Assembly (NCBI GenBank): GCA_963645645.1
Contig: CAVITD010000072.1
Coordinates: forward strand, 1 to 27,866
Length of the DNA: 27,866 nucleotides
Reading direction: 5' to 3'
Origin: an uncultured Eubacteriales bacterium
GTDB lineage: Bacteria > Bacillota_I > Bacilli_A > RF39 > UBA660
The position numbers and the translations under genes are program-made. The notes beneath the pieces were generated by a model. It was not told the origin of the DNA and did not search any database. It saw only the letters and a list, made by a program, of their open reading frames with translations. Shown here piece by piece: positions 20,178 through 27,866 of this stretch. Position 1 is the stretch's first letter; each line of letters begins with the position of its first letter.

Positions 20178-22031
20178 CTACTTCCTTTTAATTTTTTTAG
20201 TTTTTTGATCTTCTTTTTTTATGATTAGTTTTGTGTTTTCGTCTAAGTCAATTGTTAATTCGTTACCCATTTTTTCTAATACTTTGTAGTCTACTTTTCC
20301 AACTTGTGTACGAGGTAAATCTTCGAGTACATTTATTATGTTTGGATAGTACTTAGGTTTCAAGTTTTCTTTAATTGTGGATAGTATACTTTCTATTTTT
20401 TCTTCATCATTTATGTTATAAAAATCGTCTAATGATAAATGAAGTACTAGTTTTTCATTGTTAAATGTCATCTTGCAGTTTTTTATGTTTCTATTTGTTT
20501 TTATTTTTTCTACTATGTCTAACTTATTTACTTGTTCAGTACCATCATTTGTTCTTAAGGTTATTGGATCACTATATCTATCTAATATGGTTAAACATCC
20601 ATCTTTATCAACTACTGCATAGTCTCCAGTGTAATACCATTTTGTTCCGAATTCGTCAGTATATAGTGCTTTGCTAGTTAGGTCTTCTCTTTTATAGTAA
20701 CCATTCATTAGTGTAGGGCCTGTGATAAATAATTTTCCGTTTACTCCATATGTTACGTCTTTTAGTGATGGGTCAGTTATTTTTACGTTGTTGTATGGCA
20801 TTGGTATACCAGCAGTTCCAATTTTGTTACAGTACGGATGTGCAAAACTGAATGTTGTGTTTACTTCTGAAGCACCAAAACCTGTTGTTTGTAATACTCC
20901 AGTTTTGTTATAGAATTTTTCGGCTGCGTTTATTTCACATCTTTCACCGCCTACAATTGCAAGTGACAAGTTTTCTTTTACTCTTTTTAAGTCTTTTTCG
21001 CTTAGAGTTTCAAGTGAACTCCATAAGTATTGACTCCAGATGCCTAGATTAATGTCATATTTTTTAAAGTAACCCGGAATTTTTTTGTAATCCAAAAATA
21101 ATTCTATTATGTTTTCAGCACCTTGAACTAAGGCAGCGTGTACTATGTCAGCATCCCAGAATGCTAAGAAAGGTGGCACTAATGCTAGGTGTTTTGTGCC
21201 TCTTTTAAATCCAAAATTACCAACTTGTTGTTGAAAAGCAAGTGCGTTATTGGCATCATGGGATAGAAGTACCGCTTTATTTATTCCAGTAGTTCCGCTT
21301 GTAAATGAGATGTTACAAGGAAGTTTTTCTTCATAAATTTCGTTTAAATCTTCTAGTTTCACGTCATTTCCAAGAGATATAAAATCTTCTAGTTTCATTT
21401 TGTAATTTATTTTTTTACCAGAAAGATAGTCTTTTAGCATTTTTAAGTTAAATACTAATCTTTCAGGATTATATTTTGGAGTGGACACTGTTAGTGGCAT
21501 TGATACTTTTATAGCACTATTGAACTTCTCATCATTTATTACTTTGTATATTTTATCTTCTAAAATGTCTAAGGTAAAAATCATTTTTGGGTTAACGTTT
21601 GATAGTTGATTATATAATCTGTTTACACCGTTATCAGTTACAGCCATATCTAATACATTTAAGTTACAAGTAATAAGTCCTAGTGATGTTGCAGAATATT
21701 TTATTGCATACATTTCCGGAGTAGTTAATCCGATTGTGCAAATCACGTCACCTTTGTTTAAATTCATTTTGCTAAATGCTTTTTCATACTTTAATACCAT
21801 GTTATAAAATTCTTCTACAGTAAACGATTTCATACCACGATTATTTATCATTATACGATTTAAATCGTCACCAATACATTTGAACAAATAATCTTTTTGA
21901 GACATTTTAGGTAGAGTGTAATCAAATATTTTTTGGTCATACCATTGTTCCCAAATTCTGTCCTTATGTATTACTCCAGTTATTTCTCTATTTAATTTTT
22001 GTCTTTTGTCTTCTCTTACTACGTTTTCCAT
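20178..22031 (-). CDS. Class I adenylate-forming enzyme (AMP-binding) 2, divergent
   Basis: A3 FTSGTTGINKA, A5 GFGASE, A7 YTGDYA, A10 LPRTQVGKV; A8 region atypical (DRYSDPI). Confidence 0.9.
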   Translation of the reverse strand: MENVVREDKRQKLNREITGVIHKDRIWEQWYDQKIFDYTLPKMSQKDYLFKCIGDDLNRIMINNRGMKSFTVEEFYNMVLKYEKAFSKMNLNKGDVICTIGLTTPEMYAIKYSATSLGLITCNLNVLDMAVTDNGVNRLYNQLSNVNPKMIFTLDILEDKIYKVINDEKFNSAIKVSMPLTVSTPKYNPERLVFNLKMLKDYLSGKKINYKMKLEDFISLGNDVKLEDLNEIYEEKLPCNISFTSGTTGINKAVLLSHDANNALAFQQQVGNFGFKRGTKHLALVPPFLAFWDADIVHAALVQGAENIIELFLDYKKIPGYFKKYDINLGIWSQYLWSSLETLSEKDLKRVKENLSLAIVGGERCEINAAEKFYNKTGVLQTTGFGASEVNTTFSFAHPYCNKIGTAGIPMPYNNVKITDPSLKDVTYGVNGKLFITGPTLMNGYYKREDLTSKALYTDEFGTKWYYTGDYAVVDKDGCLTILDRYSDPITLRTNDGTEQVNKLDIVEKIKTNRNIKNCKMTFNNEKLVLHLSLDDFYNINDEEKIESILSTIKENLKPKYYPNIINVLEDLPRTQVGKVDYKVLEKMGNELTIDLDENTKLIIKKEDQKTKKIKRK

Positions 22032-22096
22032 AGTTTGCCCCCTTTAATAAAAAGTGTGCTTATTATAGCACACTTTTAGGAATTATTCAAATTTCG
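22029..22096 (-). repeat. 68-bp promoter/hairpin/RBS element, copy 2
   Basis: TTGAAT, 17 nt, (TGc)TATAAT; perfect 11-bp IR AAAAGTGTGCT/AGCACACTTTT at 22050-22077; overlaps the last codons of 22076..22387. Confidence 0.9.
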
Positions 22097-22387
22097 TTCT
22101 TCTAGTATTGTGTCCATTAATTCTTCAAAACCGTAAAACATATCTTCTGATAGCCAAATTATATCATCTTTTGATTCTATACATTTGTACATGAAGTCTG
22201 AAACGTCAGCTGCACTATATTTAAATCCTAGTTCGTAAACATTTTTGTGTTTAACATATTTATCATATTGGTATACTAAGTCTCTTAGATACTTTGACGC
22301 TTCTTGTTTTATTGTTTTATCTTTTGATACATATATTATAGTTATTAATGAGCAAATTGTTTTTTGGAATAGGTTTCTTATTTTCAT
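22076..22387 (-). CDS. Hypothetical ~100-aa protein, paralogue A
   Basis: AAAGGA RBS; paralogous to 17884..18189 with mostly conservative substitutions. Confidence 0.85.
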   Translation of the reverse strand: MKIRNLFQKTICSLITIIYVSKDKTIKQEASKYLRDLVYQYDKYVKHKNVYELGFKYSAADVSDFMYKCIESKDDIIWLSEDMFYGFEELMDTILEERNLNNS

Positions 22388-22423
22388 TTGAATTTCCTTT
22401 CAATTTTATTCTTTTATATCAAA

Positions 22424-24043
22424 TTACTCATTAGTTTTTACCTCTAAGCGATTATAAAGAATATCGATATCAGAAATTTTATAATCTCCTGAAATCATTT
22501 CTTCTTCCCATTTGTATGGATTTAAATTTAACATTCTTTTTATCTTAGTTGAAGCGTTTGGTAAAACTGGCTCTATTAAGTTTGATAGATTTGCAATCAT
22601 GTATAAGCAAGTATATGTTGTATCGTTAAAATCACTAATATTTTCCTTAACTTGTTTCCATGGTTCTCTACTATCGTAATATTTATTTGCCAAATTAACA
22701 TATTCCATTATAGATGTTACAGCATTTTTAATCTCACCTTTTTCAAAGTATTCTCCAACTAAGTGATAAGTTTTGTTTGTTGCTTCTTTTATCTTTTCAT
22801 CTATTGTTCCTTCTGCAATGTTTCCATCAAATTTCTTCTTAATGAAGGATAAATTACGATTTACGAAGTTACCTAACATACCTACTAAGAATTTGTTGTG
22901 AGTTTGAATGATATCGTCTATCGAGCAATTCATGTCATTTGTTTCTGGTCCTTTAAATGAGAAATAAAACCTTAAAGTATCGCTTTCAAACATATCTAAT
23001 AATTCATTGGCTGTTATTAAATTCCCTTTTGATTTACTCATTTTCTCATTATTTAAATTAACATAGGCTGAAGATACAATGTAATCTGGAAGTCTATAAT
23101 TTTCTTTTAATGAAAGTAATAAGGCAGGATATATAGTTGTATGGAATGGAATATTATCTTTTCCATGAACATAATATGTCTTTAAATTTGCATTATCGTC
23201 AGATAAGAATTTATCAAAATCAATACCACGACTTTTTGCTACTTCTTCTCCAACTGATAAATATCCCAATACTGCTTCAATCCATACATAAATTCTTTTA
23301 TCTTCATAACCTTCAACTGGAACTTCTACTCCCCAATTAAGTTGTCTTGTTGCTGCACGATCTACCAATCCCATATCTATGTATTTTTGAGCTTCACCCA
23401 ATGCATTTTTTCTCCATGTTAGCTTGTTTTTGTTTATTAATTCTTGTAATCCGCTTTCAAATTCTGTTAGTTTAAAATATAGATGTTTATTATTTTTTAA
23501 AATTGTTTTACTGTGACATTTTTTACAATGCTTGTCTAATACTTCAGTGCTATCTAATGAAGCACCACATTTATCACATTGATCTCCTGTACTTTTTCCA
23601 CCACAGTGTGGGCAAACACCTTCTATTTCTCTATCTGATAAGAATGTCTTACATTCGTCACAATAATCTTGTTCTACTTCTTTTTCATAAATGTAGCCGT
23701 TTTCTATCATTTTCTTAAACTTTTCTTTAACATATTCTTTATGATGTTCACTCATAGTTGTGGAATACTCATCATATTCAAAACCTAATCTATCGAATGT
23801 TTTTGCAAACTCTCTATGATAGTATTCTGCTATTTGATATGGCTCTACGCCTTCTTTTTTTGCACGTTCTGTTATTGGTGTACCATGACAGTCAGAACCT
23901 GATACGTATATAACATTATCTCCTTTTCCCCTATAATATCTTGCTAATAAATCTCCTGGTAATAATGCAGCTAAATGACCAACGTGTAAAAAGTAATTAG
24001 CATATGGCCACGCTCCACCTATAAAAATGTCTCTTTTATTCAT
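22424..24043 (-). CDS. metG: Methionine--tRNA ligase, MetRS2-type (four CxxC knuckle, no C-terminal tRNA-binding domain)
   Basis: GGAWPYAN..LHVGH (HIGH), GSDCHGTPI, CDEC/CPHC/CDKC/CKKC, IYVWIEA, HGKDNIPFH, KMSKS. Confidence 0.95.
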   Translation of the reverse strand: MNKRDIFIGGAWPYANYFLHVGHLAALLPGDLLARYYRGKGDNVIYVSGSDCHGTPITERAKKEGVEPYQIAEYYHREFAKTFDRLGFEYDEYSTTMSEHHKEYVKEKFKKMIENGYIYEKEVEQDYCDECKTFLSDREIEGVCPHCGGKSTGDQCDKCGASLDSTEVLDKHCKKCHSKTILKNNKHLYFKLTEFESGLQELINKNKLTWRKNALGEAQKYIDMGLVDRAATRQLNWGVEVPVEGYEDKRIYVWIEAVLGYLSVGEEVAKSRGIDFDKFLSDDNANLKTYYVHGKDNIPFHTTIYPALLLSLKENYRLPDYIVSSAYVNLNNEKMSKSKGNLITANELLDMFESDTLRFYFSFKGPETNDMNCSIDDIIQTHNKFLVGMLGNFVNRNLSFIKKKFDGNIAEGTIDEKIKEATNKTYHLVGEYFEKGEIKNAVTSIMEYVNLANKYYDSREPWKQVKENISDFNDTTYTCLYMIANLSNLIEPVLPNASTKIKRMLNLNPYKWEEEMISGDYKISDIDILYNRLEVKTNE

Positions 24044-24083
24044 ACTTTTTTCCTCCTTGATGTGTATAGGTTTATTATACTAT

Positions 24084-24113
24084 ATTTTTGCTTTTAAAGG
24101 CAATTACTTTTTA
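24084..24113 (-). promoter_or_regulatory. Putative sigma-A promoter of metG
   Basis: TTGCCT (24113-24108), 18 nt, TATAAT (24089-24084), about 40 nt upstream of the ATG; AGGAGG RBS. Confidence 0.55.
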
Positions 24114-24134
24114 TTATTTGTTTATTTTATCAAG

Positions 24135-24395
24135 TTAATAACATGTTGTATCGCTTTGCTCATCTTGTACTTGTTTTAAATAAGCTTCTTTAGCATTTTT
24201 TATGCTTATATTTTCTTTGTTGACTTTTCTAAAATCGGCAAGTATTTTTATAAGAATAGATTCCCCACATCCGTTTGGGCTAACTATTAAAAAAACTTTT
24301 CCTTCATTTAAATTAAATGATACATTATTTAGTATATTTTCATACTCAAAATTCTTTGTAACTTTATTAACATTTAATAAGAGCATATCGTTCAC
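24135..24395 (-). pseudogene. N-terminal remnant of an ABC (probably ABC-F) ATPase
   Basis: LNVNKVTKNF..ENILNNVSFNLNEG...IVSPNGCGES is a decayed Walker A (GxNGxGKS). YLKQ resembles the Q-loop, then the ORF stops at 86 aa with no signature or Walker B motif. Confidence 0.75.
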
Positions 24396-24419
24396 ACTCT
24401 TTTTTGGTATAGTTGCTTT

Positions 24420-25431
24420 TTATAGTAATTTTCTTTTTAATTCATCAGCTATATCATTAGAATTTTCAAATAAAAATCTACACATTCTTGTTCTAAAATA
24501 TGCAAAATCTAATAAGCGTGTTTTTGAATTATTTGTAATATATTGTTTATAGCCATATGTGCTTGCTAAAAGTTGTACCAAGTATAAATATGACATGTAT
24601 TTTAGGTCATACTTATTCAATTTAATATACTCATTAACTTTTTCTACGTATTTTACTAAATTATTTATATCAATTTTTCCTTCTTTAGCTAATGGGTCTA
24701 TGTAACTATAAGACCTGATTATTTCCCACACAATAGGCATTTTACATGCTGATACGAAGTCAATTATTGCATTTATTTTCCCTTCTTTGTATATGAACTG
24801 TAGTACACTATAGTCACCATGTGTATTCATAACTGTGAGTTTGTCCATATCTCTAAAATCCAAATTATCTCTAACATATTTTAGCATAGAAATTTTATCT
24901 GTTAAATCCTTATATATTTGCGGATAACTTTCTATGGTTATTTTTTCTAATAGTTTTTCTTGTTTTTCTATACTTTCATTAAATGTTTCATTTGAATACC
25001 AGCTTGATACATCATTACTTGGCAACTCGATGTTTAGTATTTCTAAACTTCTAATAATTTTTCCTAAATATTCTGCTGACTCTAAAACTTGATCAGGCGT
25101 TCCTGTATTTGATTCCATAGTGTACCCATCAATATATTTTTGCATCGTAACTACCCTTTGTTCATACATGAAACTATAATTTCAAAGTTCTAATGTAATC
25201 AGGTACTGGTATATTATCATTTTTTAAATGGTTTATTATAATTATTTTCTTATCTATTTCTTCTTTAGTATACTTAGTTTGAAATTCTTTTAAAACATAT
25301 TTATTATCGTTTAAAGAATATAAGTTAGCACTTCCACGATTTAATTTTTCTATTTGATAAATATCAATATTATAAATTTCTTTTATAATTTCTATTATCT
25401 TTTCTTTTGTGAAAATAGTTTCTTCTATCAT
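24420..25431 (-). pseudogene. APH/choline-kinase-like phosphotransferase split by a frameshift
   Basis: ORF 25174..25431 has the N-lobe (LNRGSANLY, YVLKEF, IPVP). ORF 24420..25169 has HGDYS and IIDF. The junction ACT TTG AAA T TAT AGT TTC ATG TAT changes frame by one base. Confidence 0.8.
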
Positions 25432-25460
25432 TATAATCCCTCCTTTATAATATTTTTTTA

Positions 25461-25805
25461 TTATCTTAATATTATTGATTCAAAGTATTGTTCTTGGAAT
25501 TCTGTTAATGCTTTTATAGCTTCATCTGAATAGTTTTTATTATTTTTTGAGACAATTAGTTTATCATCGTCGTCATTTGTTCTATGTATAATTGCAATTA
25601 CTTTTCCATGAGAAGTTGTAACTGGTTCAAATTCACCTATTAAGTAGGCGTCTAATTCTTCACCATCAGCACTTATTGTGTTTGGAATGTACCCATAATT
25701 CAACATATATGTAAAACCATGTTTAGGATGTTTAGAACATAATGGCCTATCTATGACTACATCTACTTCCTTTCCTAAAAAATCGTTTGAGTTAGTTTTA
25801 TTCAT
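25461..25805 (-). CDS. Small family I inorganic pyrophosphatase-like protein
   Basis: IDRP...HP...NYGYIPNT...DGEELDAY...DDDDKL. Confidence 0.88.
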   Translation of the reverse strand: MNKTNSNDFLGKEVDVVIDRPLCSKHPKHGFTYMLNYGYIPNTISADGEELDAYLIGEFEPVTTSHGKVIAIIHRTNDDDDKLIVSKNNKNYSDEAIKALTEFQEQYFESIILR

Positions 25806-25853
25806 TTTAAAAACTCCTTTCTTACTTATATTATAACAGGTTATGAAATAAAT

Positions 25854-25881
25854 AAAAAGAAGAAACCAACTTATTTCTTCT
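25854..25881 (-). terminator. Intrinsic terminator after glyQS-CYTH
   Basis: AGAAGAAA-TAAGTTGG-TTTCTTCT followed by TTTT, 8 nt after the CYTH stop. Confidence 0.6.
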
Positions 25882-25889
25882 AATTAATA

Positions 25890-26453
25890 TTATCTTTTTA
25901 ATACTTTTTTTAACATGATTTCTGCTTTTTTTACGAAATAATTAGTTTTATCTATTGGAAGATTATATCTGTTTATTATTTCTTTTAATTCTTCGGCATT
26001 AGTATATTTATTATTAGTTTCTATCTCTATAAATATATACTCATCATTAACCAATTGTACAATTAAATCTATATCTTCATTTGAGAATACTATACATTTA
26101 TCATATATTTGAAATATTTTTTTATAGTCTATTGTCTGCATAAATTTCAAAGCCTTTTCAGTATCTGTTATTGGACATTTTACTTTGCCTTGCTCAATGA
26201 TGTTTTCGTTTTCATCATATTTTTTGTATTTATATAATAATTCTTTTTCAATGCCTATAATGTCTCTTATTAACACACATTTAGATAATATTTCTAAGTT
26301 ACTTAGTTTAGATAAATCTAAGTTTGAATTTACCAAATATATGTCTAATAAATCATATTCTTCTTTTATTGTAAAGTTATTTTGTTCTAGAATGTTTTTT
26401 ATAGTAGTATAATCACTTTTAACTAATACAGTTATTTCGTTTTCTATTTTCAT
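25890..26453 (-). CDS. CYTH-like (triphosphate tunnel metalloenzyme / class IV adenylate cyclase fold) protein
   Basis: N-terminal ENEIT (ExExK-like), DIY, LIR, YKYK and IFIEIE motifs in CYTH spacing. Start ATG 26453 after GGAGTG. Confidence 0.6.
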   Translation of the reverse strand: MKIENEITVLVKSDYTTIKNILEQNNFTIKEEYDLLDIYLVNSNLDLSKLSNLEILSKCVLIRDIIGIEKELLYKYKKYDENENIIEQGKVKCPITDTEKALKFMQTIDYKKIFQIYDKCIVFSNEDIDLIVQLVNDEYIFIEIETNNKYTNAEELKEIINRYNLPIDKTNYFVKKAEIMLKKVLKR

Positions 26454-26463
26454 AATCACTCCA

Positions 26464-27840
26464 TTAAAACTCCATTTTTTTGTTTATGTAATCAACTAAC
26501 TCTTCAACTTTTAGTGTTATTTGCTCCATTGTATCTCTATCTCTTACAGTTACTGTACCGTTATTTAATGTTTCGTCATCTATTGTAACTGCAAAAGGTA
26601 CACCTATTACATCACTTCTTCTATATCTTTTACCAATGTTACCACTTTCGTCATACATTGTCATAAAGTGTTTAGATAATTCTTTATACATTTCTAGTGC
26701 TTTTTCACTATGGAATTTCTTTACTAAAGGTAATACTGTTACTTTGTATGGTGCTACTCCAGGAGCAAACTTCATTACTTCCCTTGTTGTTCCATCACTT
26801 AGTATTTCTTTTGTATAAGCATTACAAAGTACTGTTAAGAATAGTCTTTCTACACCTAGAGATGGTTCAATTACATAAGGAACATATTTTTCATTAGTAT
26901 CCGGATCAAGATACTCTAGTTTTTCTTTTGATACTTCCATATGTCTAGAAAGGTCATAATTAGTACGAGATGCTATTCCCCAAAGTTCTCCCCATCCGAA
27001 TGGGAATTTATATTCTATATCTGTTGTTGCGTTACTGTAGAAACTTAGTTCTTCTTTGTCATGGTCTCTTAGTCTTAGGTTTTCTTCTTTGATACCTAAA
27101 CTTAGTAAGAAATTTTTACATTTGTCTTTATAGTATTTAAACCAGTCTAATTCTGTACCTGGCTTACAGAAGAATTCTAACTCCATTTGTTCAAACTCTC
27201 TAACTCTGAATATAAAGTTACCTGGAGTTATTTCGTTTCTAAATGATTTACCTACTTGTCCAATTCCAAATGGCACTTTAAGTCTCATACTTCTTTGTAC
27301 GTTCATGAAGTTTACAAATATACCTTGCGCAGTTTCTGGGCGAAGATATACCGCACTTTTTGAGTCTTCTGTTACACCTTGGAATGTTTTAAACATTAGG
27401 TTAAATTCTCTTATGTCTGTGAAGTTAGTTTTTCCACATTTTGGACATGGAACCTTATTTTCTTTAATGTATGAAACTCTTTCTTCGTTTGTAAGAGTAT
27501 CTCCTAAGTTTGAATTAGTATAGTCATTAATTAAGTTATCTGCACGATATCTAGTTTTACATTCTTTGCAGTCAATTAATGGGTCACTAAATGTGCTCAA
27601 ATGTCCACTTGCTTCCCATGTTTTTGGGTTCATTAGAATAGCGCTATCTAAGCCAACGTTGTTAATGTCTTCTTGAATGAATTTCTTCATCCAAGCATTT
27701 TTTAGGTTTTTCTTTAACTCTACTCCAACTGGTCCAAAGTCCCAAGTATTTGCAAGTCCTCCATATATTTCACTTCCTTGAAATATGAAACCATATTGTT
27801 TACAAAAATTCACTAAGTCTTTCATTGTTAATTCTTCCAT
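26464..27840 (-). CDS. glyQS: Glycine--tRNA ligase, alpha2 homodimeric type
   Basis: [57 protein letters not shown]. Confidence 0.98.
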   Translation of the reverse strand: MEELTMKDLVNFCKQYGFIFQGSEIYGGLANTWDFGPVGVELKKNLKNAWMKKFIQEDINNVGLDSAILMNPKTWEASGHLSTFSDPLIDCKECKTRYRADNLINDYTNSNLGDTLTNEERVSYIKENKVPCPKCGKTNFTDIREFNLMFKTFQGVTEDSKSAVYLRPETAQGIFVNFMNVQRSMRLKVPFGIGQVGKSFRNEITPGNFIFRVREFEQMELEFFCKPGTELDWFKYYKDKCKNFLLSLGIKEENLRLRDHDKEELSFYSNATTDIEYKFPFGWGELWGIASRTNYDLSRHMEVSKEKLEYLDPDTNEKYVPYVIEPSLGVERLFLTVLCNAYTKEILSDGTTREVMKFAPGVAPYKVTVLPLVKKFHSEKALEMYKELSKHFMTMYDESGNIGKRYRRSDVIGVPFAVTIDDETLNNGTVTVRDRDTMEQITLKVEELVDYINKKMEF

Positions 27841-27866
27841 TTTTTCACTCTCCTTAAAATAAAAAG

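Noticed and set aside
18237..22031. NRPS/PKS biosynthetic cluster
   Set aside because: These are stand-alone adenylation domains with no carrier, condensation, ketosynthase, thioesterase or PPTase gene in the window.
20046..22096. 68-bp repeats as IS ends, attC sites, dif-like sites or CRISPR repeats
   Set aside because: There is no transposase, integrase or cas gene in the window. Only two direct copies lie 2 kb apart, they show no match to attC core or XerC/D consensus, and promoter plus RBS content explains them better.
24044..24134. T-box riboswitch upstream of metG (or glyQS)
   Set aside because: The metG intergenic region is too short and lacks the T-box consensus. The glyQS upstream region is outside the window.

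Overview
AT-rich, low-GC Bacillota window with every supportable gene on the minus strand. It uses standard code 11 (map ends in TGA; the Trp codons I checked are TGG). Gene style suggests a reduced-genome Bacilli lineage such as RF39, but that is inference. Positions 895-14759 hold the S10-spc-alpha ribosomal protein superoperon (rpsJ to rplQ, with secY, adk, map, infA, rpmJ, rpoA). It has a sigma-A promoter, the conserved S10 leader RNA and an intrinsic terminator, lacks rpmD (uL30), and is followed by a partial DUF2207-like gene. Positions 15052-27840 hold, in transcription order: glyQS, a CYTH-like gene, a small inorganic pyrophosphatase, a frameshifted phosphotransferase, an ABC-F-like remnant, a MetRS2-type metG, an unusual 5-kb block (17339-22387) and an orphan hybrid histidine kinase. 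The block has two divergent adenylate-forming enzymes that each sit behind a 65/68-identical promoter/terminator/RBS element ending exactly at the ATG. It also has two ~100-aa paralogues of unknown function and a CFI-box-CTERM protein. Unrelated genes in it share a near-identical 3' end encoding a KKVLK basic tail. This modular block is the best candidate for an undescribed system. Its function cannot be established from sequence alone.
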